A stretch of 64,000 nt of DNA from Firmicutes bacterium UBA2530. Lineage in GTDB: Bacteria; Bacillota; Clostridia; Tissierellales; Sedimentibacteraceae. The stretch spans positions 116,092 to 180,091 of the forward strand of contig DDNC01000018.1 of NCBI GenBank assembly GCA_002340985.1, read 5' to 3'. Below, in pieces: positions 11,874 through 21,428 of this stretch; position 1 is the first letter of the stretch, and the number at the start of each line of letters is the position of its first letter. Both the position numbers and the translations under genes were made by a program. The notes beneath the pieces are model-generated. The model had not been told where the DNA came from, did not search any database, and saw only the letters and a list, made by a program, of their open reading frames with translations.

Positions 11874-12772
11874 TTTGTATTCCTTGCATTTGAAGATGTA
11901 TTTTTTTTATTATTCGTTACCAGGTAGTAAAATATACCTGCTATAATCACTGAGCCACCTATGACAGTGTGGACAGAAGGTATTTCTCTGAAAATAATAA
12001 TTGCCATAATACTTGCAAATATAGGCTCACTGAGGGTTGACACAGATATGAGGGTTGATGACACATATTTGACCATGTAATTGTATACCGTGTGCCCAAG
12101 TATTGAGCAGAAAAATGCCAGTGCCGCAAAGAGCATGAACTCCTTGGTTGAATAAGGATATATGGGAGTTTTTGAAGCCAGGCACATAATGAACAGAGCT
12201 GCCGTAGATACGGAATAAACTATGAACACATATACGCCTGCGCTCATATTCTTCCTCACAACTCCTCCTATAACCAGATATCCTGCCACAAATACGGCGC
12301 CCAGAAATGCCAGCGTGTTGCCCAGCATCATGTTGCTTGCGGAGTCCCCAAGAGAGCCTGTGGCTATTATAACAGTACCTGCAAGAGACATGGATATTCC
12401 GACAGTCATTTTCCGGCTTAGCTTTTCCTTTGTGAAAAAATAATTTGCCAGCGCCACAAATATGGGGCTGCATGAGACCAATATAGTAGAGTTTGCGATG
12501 GTTGTCATCTTTATTGATGAAATCCATGAAGCAAAGTGCAGGGCGAGAAAAATTCCGCTGACTGTGCACAGCATATATTCTTTTTTTGTGATATTTCTGA
12601 ATTCACCGCGGCTCGTAAGCATTACGGGAATCAACAAAAGCAATGATGTAAACAGCATCCTGTATGCTGATATCACGAGTGCCGGAGCTTCGGAAAATCT
12701 TATTATTATTGAAGATAGCGAGGTAAAAAATGTTCCTGCCAGTACTATGTATTTTGAAGGTGTTTTTTCCAT
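11870..12772 (-). CDS. DMT/EamA family transporter
   Basis: About 10 TM segments in two EamA repeats; ALHFASW, LSEPIFA. Confidence 0.85.
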   Translation of the reverse strand: MEKTPSKYIVLAGTFFTSLSSIIIRFSEAPALVISAYRMLFTSLLLLIPVMLTSRGEFRNITKKEYMLCTVSGIFLALHFASWISSIKMTTIANSTILVSCSPIFVALANYFFTKEKLSRKMTVGISMSLAGTVIIATGSLGDSASNMMLGNTLAFLGAVFVAGYLVIGGVVRKNMSAGVYVFIVYSVSTAALFIMCLASKTPIYPYSTKEFMLFAALAFFCSILGHTVYNYMVKYVSSTLISVSTLSEPIFASIMAIIIFREIPSVHTVIGGSVIIAGIFYYLVTNNKKNTSSNARNTK

Positions 12773-12920
12773 TATAACCTGCCTTTGTCAATGTAATAAT
12801 CTGTGTCGAGCTGTGCCGTCAAATGACATATTAGCATATAATACATAAAAATTCAATACGAGTAACAAAAAGTATAATAAGTAATATTTAAGCAATAATA
12901 AAATGGGAAGGGAGGCGGCA

Positions 12921-14366
12921 ATGTTCGATTTTTTTGGTTCAGTTTCATTGATTTATATTGTTAATATAGTAATGGCAATGGTTGTGATTTTTCTTGAGAG
13001 AAAGGATCCAACCGCCACGCTTGCATGGGTATTGGTTCTCCTCATATTCCCGGGGTTTGGTTTTTTGTTTTACCTGCTGCTTGCTCAAAATTTCAGCAGG
13101 AAACAGCTGTTTACCATGAAAATATATGCAAAGAAAACATTCGGGAACTACATCAGCATCCAGCGGAAGCTCTTTAATGCGGGAGGGCTTGTGTTCAACG
13201 ACAAGAATGTTGAAAACTTCAAGGATCTGATTAAAATGAACTTGTTTTTTCATGACTTTTCATATACTCAGAACAATGAAATTAAGATTTATACAGACGG
13301 ACATGATAAGTTCAAAAATTTGTTTGATGATATAAAAAATGCAAAGCATCATGTGCATATGGAATACTATATAATTAAAAACGATAATTTGGGAAGGAGC
13401 CTGATGAAGCTTTTGTCTGAAAAGGCAAGAGAGGGAGTTGAGGTCAGGCTGCTGTATGATTCCGTGGGTGGGAGACAGCTTAAATGTGAGGAGATAGAGC
13501 ATTTAAAAGAAGCCGGTGTTAAGGTTGCCGTGTTCTTCGCCAGCAGCCTTCCGTTTTTCAATTTTAAAATAAATTACAGAAATCACCGTAAAATAGTTGT
13601 TGTTGACGGCAGGACAGCTTATATAGGAGGCTTCAACGTAGGAGACGAGTACATTGGCATGAATGAAAAGATAGGCAACTGGAGAGACACTCATGTGCGT
13701 ATTTCCGGGGATGCCGTAATAGACCTTCAGACACGTTTTTTCCTTGACTGGGGATATGCCTCCAAGGAGGATGTCATGTTTCTTCCAGAGTATTTTCCGG
13801 ACAGTGACAGAGGTGGCAGCATCGGAATCCAGATTATAAGCAGCGGCCCCGATAAGCAGGATGAGGTAATTAAAAGCAGCTATGTGAAAATGATTAATTC
13901 GGCGAAGAAAAGCATATTGATTCAGACGCCGTACTTCGTTCCTGATGCCAGCGTATTTGAATCTATTAAAATTGCAGCAATGTCAGGGGTGGATGTCAGA
14001 ATAATGATACCCTGCAAGCCTGACCATCCATTTGTGTACTGGGCCACATACTGGTACTGCGGAAGCCTTCTACAATATGGAGTAAAGGTATATACCTATG
14101 AAAACGGATTTCTGCACGCCAAGACACTTGTCATTGACGGAACAGTTTCTTCCGTGGGAACAGCAAATTTTGATATGCGCAGTTTCAGGCTGAATTTCGA
14201 ATGCAATGCACTTATTTATGATACAGGAACTTCCTCGGCACTGCGGGATATTTTTACGGAGGATTTAAATTATTCACTTGAGCTCACCCGTGAGCTGTAT
14301 CTGGAAAGAGGAATAGTCATACGCTTTAAGGAATCAATGAGCCGGCTTCTGGCTCCTCTTCTTTAG
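12921..14366 (+). CDS. cls: Cardiolipin synthase
   Basis: Two HKD motifs (NHRKIVVVD, LHAKTLVID); N-terminal TM segments; GGAGG before ATG 12921. Confidence 0.93.
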   Translation: MFDFFGSVSLIYIVNIVMAMVVIFLERKDPTATLAWVLVLLIFPGFGFLFYLLLAQNFSRKQLFTMKIYAKKTFGNYISIQRKLFNAGGLVFNDKNVENFKDLIKMNLFFHDFSYTQNNEIKIYTDGHDKFKNLFDDIKNAKHHVHMEYYIIKNDNLGRSLMKLLSEKAREGVEVRLLYDSVGGRQLKCEEIEHLKEAGVKVAVFFASSLPFFNFKINYRNHRKIVVVDGRTAYIGGFNVGDEYIGMNEKIGNWRDTHVRISGDAVIDLQTRFFLDWGYASKEDVMFLPEYFPDSDRGGSIGIQIISSGPDKQDEVIKSSYVKMINSAKKSILIQTPYFVPDASVFESIKIAAMSGVDVRIMIPCKPDHPFVYWATYWYCGSLLQYGVKVYTYENGFLHAKTLVIDGTVSSVGTANFDMRSFRLNFECNALIYDTGTSSALRDIFTEDLNYSLELTRELYLERGIVIRFKESMSRLLAPLL

Positions 14367-14431
14367 TATTGATATTTGATAAAACTGTGATATCATAGTG
14401 TTAATAACATCAAAAGATAATAGGTGATAAT

Positions 14432-15328
14432 ATGAAAAGGTACTTTGTTATATATAATCCTACTTCCGGAAACGAAATGGCGGGGCAGAAGATGTTTCAT
14501 GTTGCCGAAACGGTGCTGGAGCTGGAGGATGTGGAGTTTACATTTTATGCCACAAAGAGAAAGAATGACGGAGAAGAGGCAGCTATCAGGGGATGTATGG
14601 AAGGCTATGACATGATAATTTCCTGTGGGGGAGACGGGACTGTCCATGAGATTGTGAACGGTATCATGAAAAGCCCGGCAGAAAGAAAGCCGAAGCTTGC
14701 AATTATGCCTGCAGGAACTATAAATGACTTCGCAGCACAGCTTAAGATGCCGAGAGCATATGCCAATTTTGCATCATTGATAATGAAGAACAGCTTTAAA
14801 GAAATAGATGTGGGAAAGATTAATGATGACTATTTTGTAAATGTGGTGGGCGGAGGTGCGTTCATGAACATACCCCATGACGTTACCATAGAGGAAAAGA
14901 CCATATTGGGAAAATATGCCTATTATTTCAAGGCTGCATTCGAGGTTCCCGGTCAGCTTCTGAATACCCACGATATAACCTACATCGTAGACGGGGTGGA
15001 ATATAACTATAACACTCTCCTGTTCCTGGTGATTAATTCATCCGGTGCGGGAGGATTTAAGAATCTCTGTCCCAAGGCTAAAATCAATGACGGAATTCTG
15101 GATGTGGTGATATTTGAAAAGGCAGGCAATGCAGATCTTCTTCAAATATTTACAAGGGTGTTTAACGGACAGCACATAAGCCACCCAAAGGTTCATTATT
15201 GCCAGGGAAAGGATATTGAAATCAGGTGCGACGGGAACCTGCCCATAGATACTGACGGGGATATGTGGGGGTATATGCCCGTTAAAATATCATCGGTGAA
15301 CAAAGCCATAGAAATATTAGTTCCTTAA
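14432..15328 (+). CDS. Diacylglycerol/lipid kinase (YegS/DagK family)
   Basis: NPTSG, GGDGT, PAGTINDFA, DGILDV. Confidence 0.88.
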   Translation: MKRYFVIYNPTSGNEMAGQKMFHVAETVLELEDVEFTFYATKRKNDGEEAAIRGCMEGYDMIISCGGDGTVHEIVNGIMKSPAERKPKLAIMPAGTINDFAAQLKMPRAYANFASLIMKNSFKEIDVGKINDDYFVNVVGGGAFMNIPHDVTIEEKTILGKYAYYFKAAFEVPGQLLNTHDITYIVDGVEYNYNTLLFLVINSSGAGGFKNLCPKAKINDGILDVVIFEKAGNADLLQIFTRVFNGQHISHPKVHYCQGKDIEIRCDGNLPIDTDGDMWGYMPVKISSVNKAIEILVP

Positions 15329-15331
15329 AAA

Positions 15332-15372
15332 ATCACCTGCATCGTGCTGTACGATGCAGGTGATAATTTTTC
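15332..15372. terminator. Bidirectional terminator
   Basis: 14-bp inverted repeat ATCACCTGCATCGT/ACGATGCAGGTGAT between convergent genes. Confidence 0.75.
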
Positions 15373-15385
15373 CCGGTGAATACCT

Positions 15386-16078
15386 TTATAAATTAATTAA
15401 AAATGTATTTATAAGCTTAATAGATTTTTTTGCCGCTATTTTTACGAAAGAGGGAAAGTCCATGTGAGCTGAGCCATCCGCCTTGTCGGAAATTGCCCTT
15501 ACAATGCAGAAATCCAAGTTGTTCAAATAGCATACATGGCCTATTGCTGCTCCCTCCATTTCAGCGCAGAGTGCACCGAAATTTTTCACAATGTGGTCCT
15601 TTCTGTCACGGCTGCATATGAATTGATCTCCGGATGCAACGGTTCCAACAAACACATTTGTTTCCTCAAGTGTTTTAGCCGAGGTTTCTATTTTTTTAAC
15701 CAGCTTTTCTGAGCACGGTATATTTATGATATTTAATCCGGATATGAGTCCTAAGGGATCTCCTATGCCTGTGGTGTCCATGTCGTGCTGAACAACATTG
15801 TCAGAGATTACAATGTCGGCAATCTCAAGGTTGGAGCTCAGGCTTCCCGCAACTCCGGTGTTGATGATTACGTCCGGCTTGTATTTCAAAATCATTGTCT
15901 GCGCACATACGGCGGCATGCACCTTTCCAACGCCGCATTTTGCCACAACAACATCTCTTCCCTTAATGGTACCCTCATAATAATCAACAGAGCTTATTCT
16001 TTCTTTTTTTATATTTTCCATGGATTCAATCAATTCCGCAACCTCAATATCCATGGCACCTATTATTCCTGTTTTCAT
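15386..16078 (-). CDS. mtnN: 5'-methylthioadenosine/S-adenosylhomocysteine nucleosidase
   Basis: GIIGAM, GVGKV, INTGVAG, SGDQF, EMEGAA, RAISD. Confidence 0.93.
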   Translation of the reverse strand: MKTGIIGAMDIEVAELIESMENIKKERISSVDYYEGTIKGRDVVVAKCGVGKVHAAVCAQTMILKYKPDVIINTGVAGSLSSNLEIADIVISDNVVQHDMDTTGIGDPLGLISGLNIINIPCSEKLVKKIETSAKTLEETNVFVGTVASGDQFICSRDRKDHIVKNFGALCAEMEGAAIGHVCYLNNLDFCIVRAISDKADGSAHMDFPSFVKIAAKKSIKLINTFLINL

Positions 16079-16214
16079 TTCTACCTCTTTACATTTTTAA
16101 AATAATTTTAATACATGGTGCGGAAAAAGTCAACAAACGGGCATGATGTCAATTTATATTGTTTATGCATTTTTTTTGTGCTAAAATAATTATAATAATA
16201 CTTAAGAGGATAAT

Positions 16215-16478
16215 ATGCACTATACATATATTGTGGAATGCAGCGACGGCACACTGTATACCGGATATGCTGCCGACCTGGAAAAAAGGATAAATGCACA
16301 TAATGAGAAAAGGGGAGCAAAGTACACAAGAGGCAGGGCTCCTGTAACATTAAAATATTATGAGGAATTTGAAAATAAAGCAGATGCTCTGAAAAGAGAA
16401 GCGCAAATCAAGAAGATGCGCAAAGAAAAAAAGTTGAAATTGTTAAATAATACTAAAAATGAATTGTATATGCCATGA
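16215..16478 (+). CDS. GIY-YIG nuclease family protein (YazA/UPF0213)
   Basis: YTYIVECSDGTLYTGY...R...HN...GAKYTR. Confidence 0.88.
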   Translation: MHYTYIVECSDGTLYTGYAADLEKRINAHNEKRGAKYTRGRAPVTLKYYEEFENKADALKREAQIKKMRKEKKLKLLNNTKNELYMP

Positions 16479-16520
16479 TTATTTGGTATAATCTAAATAA
16501 TAAATTTCGAGGAGAAATGT

Positions 16521-17345
16521 ATGAAAAATAATATTATTGTGGACAGCTGTACTGACTTTATAAAAGAAACCGAAGATCTTGACAGGGTGCCTTTCAGAAT
16601 ACTTATTGATAATGAGGAAATCGTTGATGAAAATCTTGACATTAATAAGCTCATAGAAAAAATGAAAAGTACAAAACAGCAAATAAAGACGGCATGCGCT
16701 CCTCCGGAAGACTTTATAAATAAACTGAAGGAAGAAGCAAGCAATTTTATTGTTACGATTTCAAGCCAGCTAAGCGGCTCATACAACAGTGCTATGGTGG
16801 CAGTTGAAACATTTAAGGAAAGATTCCCCGAAAGCTTTGTTCACGTTTTTGACAGCAAGACAGCATGTGCAGGTGAAACTCTCGTGGCTATGAAGGTAAA
16901 ACAACTGCTTGAGGAAAATTCAAACATCAGCGAAGTAATAGAGCAAACAAACAAGTACATAACAAAGCTCAGAACACTGTTTGTTCTCGACTCTCTGGAC
17001 AATTTGGCCAAGAACGGCAGAATTACAAATTTTAAAGCGATACTTGCAAATATAATGCACATTGTCCCCATTATGGGAGAGGACGGAGAAGGCAGAATAG
17101 TGCTGAAAGAACAGGTGAGAGGCAAGAAGAAAGCTATTGCAAGGCTGATTGACATGATAGCAGAATACAATGTTGATTTTGAAAATACAATACTGGGCAT
17201 TACACATGTGAATTGTCTTGAAAAAGCTGAAAAGCTCCGTGATGAAATTAAGTCGAGATATCCATTCAAGGATGTTAAAATATTTAAGTCATCAGGTTTA
17301 AGCACGGTTTATGCTGATGACGGAGGAATTGTTATTGCATTTTAG
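16521..17345 (+). CDS. DegV/FakB fatty-acid-binding protein
   Basis: IIVDSCTD, SSQLSGSYNSA, VFDSK, LAKNGRI. Confidence 0.88.
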   Translation: MKNNIIVDSCTDFIKETEDLDRVPFRILIDNEEIVDENLDINKLIEKMKSTKQQIKTACAPPEDFINKLKEEASNFIVTISSQLSGSYNSAMVAVETFKERFPESFVHVFDSKTACAGETLVAMKVKQLLEENSNISEVIEQTNKYITKLRTLFVLDSLDNLAKNGRITNFKAILANIMHIVPIMGEDGEGRIVLKEQVRGKKKAIARLIDMIAEYNVDFENTILGITHVNCLEKAEKLRDEIKSRYPFKDVKIFKSSGLSTVYADDGGIVIAF

Positions 17346-17421
17346 CCATAAATTCATAAGATTTTGTTAATTTTTATAAAATTCGGGTATAAGTAGCATA
17401 AATATGTGTGGAGGTAATTAA

Positions 17422-18288
17422 ATGGATTACAAAGATTTAATTGCAAGAATGAAGTCGGTAAGAGATTACAAAAAGGATGTCCTCAGCAATGAAATTATTC
17501 AGAAACTTGATGGATATTGCAAAAATAGCAAAAAATTAGTTGAAGGCATCAATACAGAGGTAATGCTTAAGGCTAAGGCTGATGTTTATGACGAGCTTAA
17601 AAATGATGCCGGATACAATGACTTAATGCTTGAGGCGCCTCATTATCTTTTGTTTTTTTCTGAAGAAAAGGATAACTACATTGAAAATACAGGATACGCA
17701 GTACAGGACATAATGCTTAAGGCTTTTGAGCTGGGAGTCGGTTCATGCTGGATTACCATCCGTGACGGGGAGCTTGTAAAAAATAAATTAGGAATTAATA
17801 CGGACAAGAAGCTTACAGCATTGGTTGCTTTGGGGCTTGAGGAAGATAATAAAAACAAGACAATAGTTGAAAATGTTTCCGAATACAACCCATCAAAGGC
17901 AAATGTCAGCATAGTTAAGGATAATGTAAGTGAGAGAATGGGCGTTACTGATATTGTGTATATGAAAAAATGGGGAGAGAAAGCTGAGCTGGATGATCTG
18001 GTGAACTTAGGACTTGCGGATGCGTTCTTTTATGCGAGATTGGCACCATCAACCAAGAACAGACAGCCTTGGAGATTCATGTATGATAACGGTATAGTGG
18101 TTCTTGCAGTAAGAAAAGATGAATCAACAAATGAATACGAAGAAAAAATAGATGCGGGAATAGTAATGCTTTACTTTAAACTGATAGTTGACAGTACGCT
18201 GTTTAATGTGGCTTGGAAGTTAGGTAAGACAGAAAAGGAATACGAAATACCGTCAGACTACAGTATAGTGGCATATTGCAACAGTTAA
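17422..18288 (+). CDS. Nitroreductase family protein (two-domain)
   Basis: SVRDY, LGVGSCW, RLAPSTKNRQPWRF. Confidence 0.8.
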   Translation: MDYKDLIARMKSVRDYKKDVLSNEIIQKLDGYCKNSKKLVEGINTEVMLKAKADVYDELKNDAGYNDLMLEAPHYLLFFSEEKDNYIENTGYAVQDIMLKAFELGVGSCWITIRDGELVKNKLGINTDKKLTALVALGLEEDNKNKTIVENVSEYNPSKANVSIVKDNVSERMGVTDIVYMKKWGEKAELDDLVNLGLADAFFYARLAPSTKNRQPWRFMYDNGIVVLAVRKDESTNEYEEKIDAGIVMLYFKLIVDSTLFNVAWKLGKTEKEYEIPSDYSIVAYCNS

Positions 18289-18329
18289 AAGCGCGCATGC
18301 GCTTTTTGTGTTTAGAGGAGGAAAAGCTT

Positions 18330-19241
18330 ATGAAAATAATAATAGATAAACATTTTTACGACTCAGTAGTTGGAGAATTCCACGGAATTGAATTTTATAA
18401 AGAACCGGAGGAGTGCCCGGAGGCAGATGCTTTAATCGGCCAGCCTGAAGCAATGGATGTTGAAATACTGGAAAAGCTCACAAATTTAAAATGGATTCAG
18501 CTATTCAGAGCAGGGTATGATATGATTGACACGGGCTATATCAAAAATAGAGGAATAACGCTGACAAACGGAAAGGATATTTTCTCAGTCCCCATAGCAG
18601 AGGATGTTGTGTGCAGAATCCTCATGCACAGCACAAATGCATTCAGCTATATTGAAAACAAAAAGACAAAGACATGGGATAACCAGCTGAAGAGAAATGA
18701 TTTAAAGGGTCAGACAGTGGGAGTTATAGGAACAGGCTCCATAGCTGTTGAAATTGCCAAGAGACTTGAAGCCTTCGGTGTGAAAATACTTGGATATAAA
18801 AGAACTCCCGTACTGAAAATGCCGTATTTCCATGAGGTGTACTCAGGGAAGAGCGGGCTGGAGCACGTTATGTCCGTCAGTGACTACATAATTGTTACGG
18901 CAGATTTGAACAAGGGTACCTACCACATGATAAACAGGGATAATCTAATGCTTATGAAGGAAACGGCATCGATTATCAATATAGCAAGAGGAAGCATAAT
19001 AAATCAGGGGGACCTGAAAGAGGTACTGAGGAATAAATCCATTGCATACGCAGGACTTGATGTGTTTGAAGTTGAACCCCTTCCTGCCGATGATGAACTG
19101 TGGGAGCTGGACAATGTGTATCTGACACCACATGCTTCTGCCCTTGTTAAAAACAACAAATCCAGATGGGAAGAGCTTGTAATACAAAATATAAAGAATT
19201 TCACCGAAGGTGAAAGGCTGATAAATATCGTAAAGATTTAA
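18330..19241 (+). CDS. D-2-hydroxyacid dehydrogenase family
   Basis: GTGSIA Rossmann motif, INIARG, LDVFEVEPL, LTPH; GGAGG before ATG 18330. Confidence 0.88.
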   Translation: MKIIIDKHFYDSVVGEFHGIEFYKEPEECPEADALIGQPEAMDVEILEKLTNLKWIQLFRAGYDMIDTGYIKNRGITLTNGKDIFSVPIAEDVVCRILMHSTNAFSYIENKKTKTWDNQLKRNDLKGQTVGVIGTGSIAVEIAKRLEAFGVKILGYKRTPVLKMPYFHEVYSGKSGLEHVMSVSDYIIVTADLNKGTYHMINRDNLMLMKETASIINIARGSIINQGDLKEVLRNKSIAYAGLDVFEVEPLPADDELWELDNVYLTPHASALVKNNKSRWEELVIQNIKNFTEGERLINIVKI

Positions 19242-19335
19242 TCATTTGATTTTAAAACCCCATATTTATTCCCTATAATTTGGAGGCGTGGCTGAAGAAT
19301 CAGAGTTTAAATATGAGAACGTATTTATTTAAGGA

Positions 19336-19365
19336 TAGAAGGCCGGTCAGTAGAAGGCCGGTCAG
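19336..19365. repeat. 15-bp tandem duplication TAGAAGGCCGGTCAG x2 in a terminator stem
   Basis: Exact direct repeat at 19336-19350 and 19351-19365; AGGCCGGT pairs with ACCGGCCT near 19372-19379. Confidence 0.85.
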
Positions 19366-19381
19366 TTTCATACCGGCCTCG

Positions 19382-20242
19382 TCATTCAACAGTAAGGCTG
19401 TATTCAATGCTTATGGGGCATTGAGTATATTCAGAATTGCTGATGCAGTTTGAATTGAATTTTGATTTTATCACAGAGCCCGATTCTGCATCATTTTTTG
19501 CTTTAATCATGAAACCAATTCTCCTTGATTCCGAGGGCTGCAGGCTGCCCACATCCCATTTCAGAATGGTTTTTCCGTTGAATTCATATACGTTTCTCGG
19601 CTGAATGTTGCTGGAATCACCTATAAATTCAATATTTTCATCAAGTATACATCTCAGATACACGCTTCTTGCCATAGAATATTGCCCGGCATTACAATGA
19701 ACGTAGAATTTTGTGGATTCACCTTTTTTTATGTATTCGTTGTCGCATTTAACAATCATTTCGTAATCGCAGGCGCCGGACGATGCTCTGCACGAATCTG
19801 TATAGTCATCGCATATCAGGTGTCCGTAGAAGTTGATTTTGTTTTTGTGAGGTATTTTATCTCCTGAGTTTTCTGTGCTTTCAATTGTGTAATTGTCGCA
19901 CAAAGCCATGTCAAATGTAATTGTGTTGATTGAATCTGGAGATAAATTAATGTTGTTTGCAAATACAATTACATTGTTATTTCCGATTTCCGTTGACGGC
20001 TCAACAACATTTACGTTTTTTAAAATTCCATTGTCAGGCCCAGAATGGTTAATGCCTCCTAAAAATCGTACCCCGTTTCCAAGGGTGCTGCTGAATGAGC
20101 ACAGTTTATTAAGGCTGGAGGTGTTTTTCAGTTCAATGCTGAACCTGTATATGTAGGCTGGGACAAATGAGGTGTTGGGGATTCCGGCTCCCTTCAACAT
20201 TTTTTGAGGGGTATTTATGGAAATAGTACATTCTTTCATCAT
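19382..20242 (-). CDS. Hypothetical beta-rich, Cys-rich protein (two Ig/DUF11-like repeats)
   Basis: 286-aa ORF with AAAGGA RBS; repeated pattern ending in W.VG.L.P.ES..I.F. Confidence 0.55.
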   Translation of the reverse strand: MMKECTISINTPQKMLKGAGIPNTSFVPAYIYRFSIELKNTSSLNKLCSFSSTLGNGVRFLGGINHSGPDNGILKNVNVVEPSTEIGNNNVIVFANNINLSPDSINTITFDMALCDNYTIESTENSGDKIPHKNKINFYGHLICDDYTDSCRASSGACDYEMIVKCDNEYIKKGESTKFYVHCNAGQYSMARSVYLRCILDENIEFIGDSSNIQPRNVYEFNGKTILKWDVGSLQPSESRRIGFMIKAKNDAESGSVIKSKFNSNCISNSEYTQCPISIEYSLTVE

Positions 20243-20414
20243 ATCATTCCTTTCATGATTTACCGAACTGCATAATTTATAGTATTCTCCTCACCGGTAT
20301 TTGTGAAATAATTAGTGCAAATATTTATGGTTTTTTAGCATTAATTATGGTAATATTATAAATAAACAGGAAAGACCGTTATTACAAAAGGTGTCCGACA
20401 AAGGAGGAACTATT

Positions 20415-20639
20415 ATGAAAAATATAAAAATATACTCAAGCTCATCATGTGTGAATTGCACTGCTGCCAAAGAATACATAAAAGAAAAGGGATATGATTA
20501 CGAAGAGAAAAATGTGTCCCTGGACGCGGAAGCAAAAAAAGAGCTTTTAGGCATGGGATACATGGGAGTTCCCATAATATTTGTAGATGATGATGTAGTG
20601 GTTGGATTCAACAGGAACAAACTTGATGAATTGCTGTAA
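20415..20639 (+). CDS. Glutaredoxin/NrdH-redoxin family protein
   Basis: CVNC active site, GVP, VVGF; AGGAGG RBS. Confidence 0.88.
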   Translation: MKNIKIYSSSSCVNCTAAKEYIKEKGYDYEEKNVSLDAEAKKELLGMGYMGVPIIFVDDDVVVGFNRNKLDELL

Positions 20640-20685
20640 ATAAGGTCAAATTAACATTTTTAACTAAAAAAACTAAAATATTTAT

Positions 20686-20879
20686 GTAGTATAAACTAAA
20701 AATATGTAAACAATATTCATGAGCAATTAAATTAAACAGCTGTTAATTTGCTGCTCTTGAAATAGAAAGCCGGCATGCGGGAACAGTATTATAAATGAAA
20801 TGATAAGTCACTTGAAATATTATATTTCTTATAAGGACTGAAATTCAAATCTGTTTGCCCCCACTGCCGGCTTTTGTTT
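20686..20879 (+). ncRNA. Candidate structured small RNA (family unassigned)
   Basis: TTAACA-N17-TAAAAT promoter at 20651-20679; hairpin 20721-20756; long interrupted rod 20766-20873 followed by a T-rich tract; no ORF in the track covers most of it. Confidence 0.4.
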
Positions 20880-20921
20880 GCAAAAAAATAAAGGGATGCA
20901 GCATGCGCATCCCAATTTATC

Positions 20922-21107
20922 TTATTTATTCAAAGCTGCTAACAGATGTTCAAGATTCATGCCATGAACAGCTGCGGCTTCTTCCAATGTTTCCATCTGA
21001 GCACCGGGGCATCCAACGCAACCCATTCCGTGAGCCATCAATACTTCTGCTGCCTCAGGGCTTGCTTGTATAACCTCTCTGATAACCATATCTTTAGTTA
21101 TAGCCAT
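20922..21107 (-). CDS. DUF1858 domain protein (GMGCVGC redox-disulfide type)
   Basis: ITKDM.I...GMGCVGCP.AQ.ETLEEAA.VHG; terminator GGGATGC/GCATCCC at 20893-20913. Confidence 0.85.
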   Translation of the reverse strand: MAITKDMVIREVIQASPEAAEVLMAHGMGCVGCPGAQMETLEEAAAVHGMNLEHLLAALNK

Positions 21108-21428
21108 AATGAGCCTCCTTTAAATTTATATACCATCATTATACATTATGCCATAAAGATATTCAATAAATTTTTAAGCGTGAGCTGGATGAGTTAGAGT
21201 CAAGAATATGCAATTTACGGCGGCATCGATAAAATTTTATCATTTTAAATTTTAAAGAAACGTTTGTTAAATTTATTTAATAAAGCATAGACGAAATTTA
21301 TAATTTGTTTAAAAATCAATAGATTTTAAAAACGGGAAAAAAGTTAAGAACAAAAAACTGTGCACTTTTCACTAACTCTTAATTTTTTGAAGAAGTATAA
21401 TGAGTTAAATTTAACAAGGAGGATTGTT

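Noticed and set aside
20686..20879. Assignment of the candidate RNA as 6S, SRP or a c-di-GMP riboswitch
   Set aside because: It lacks 5'-3' end pairing, the SRP helix-8 motif and the GEMM consensus; left unassigned.
21359..21373. Canonical Crp/Fnr box upstream of hpdB
   Set aside because: TGTGC-N5-TCACT has the wrong spacing for TGTGA-N6-TCACA; kept only as a weak operator candidate.
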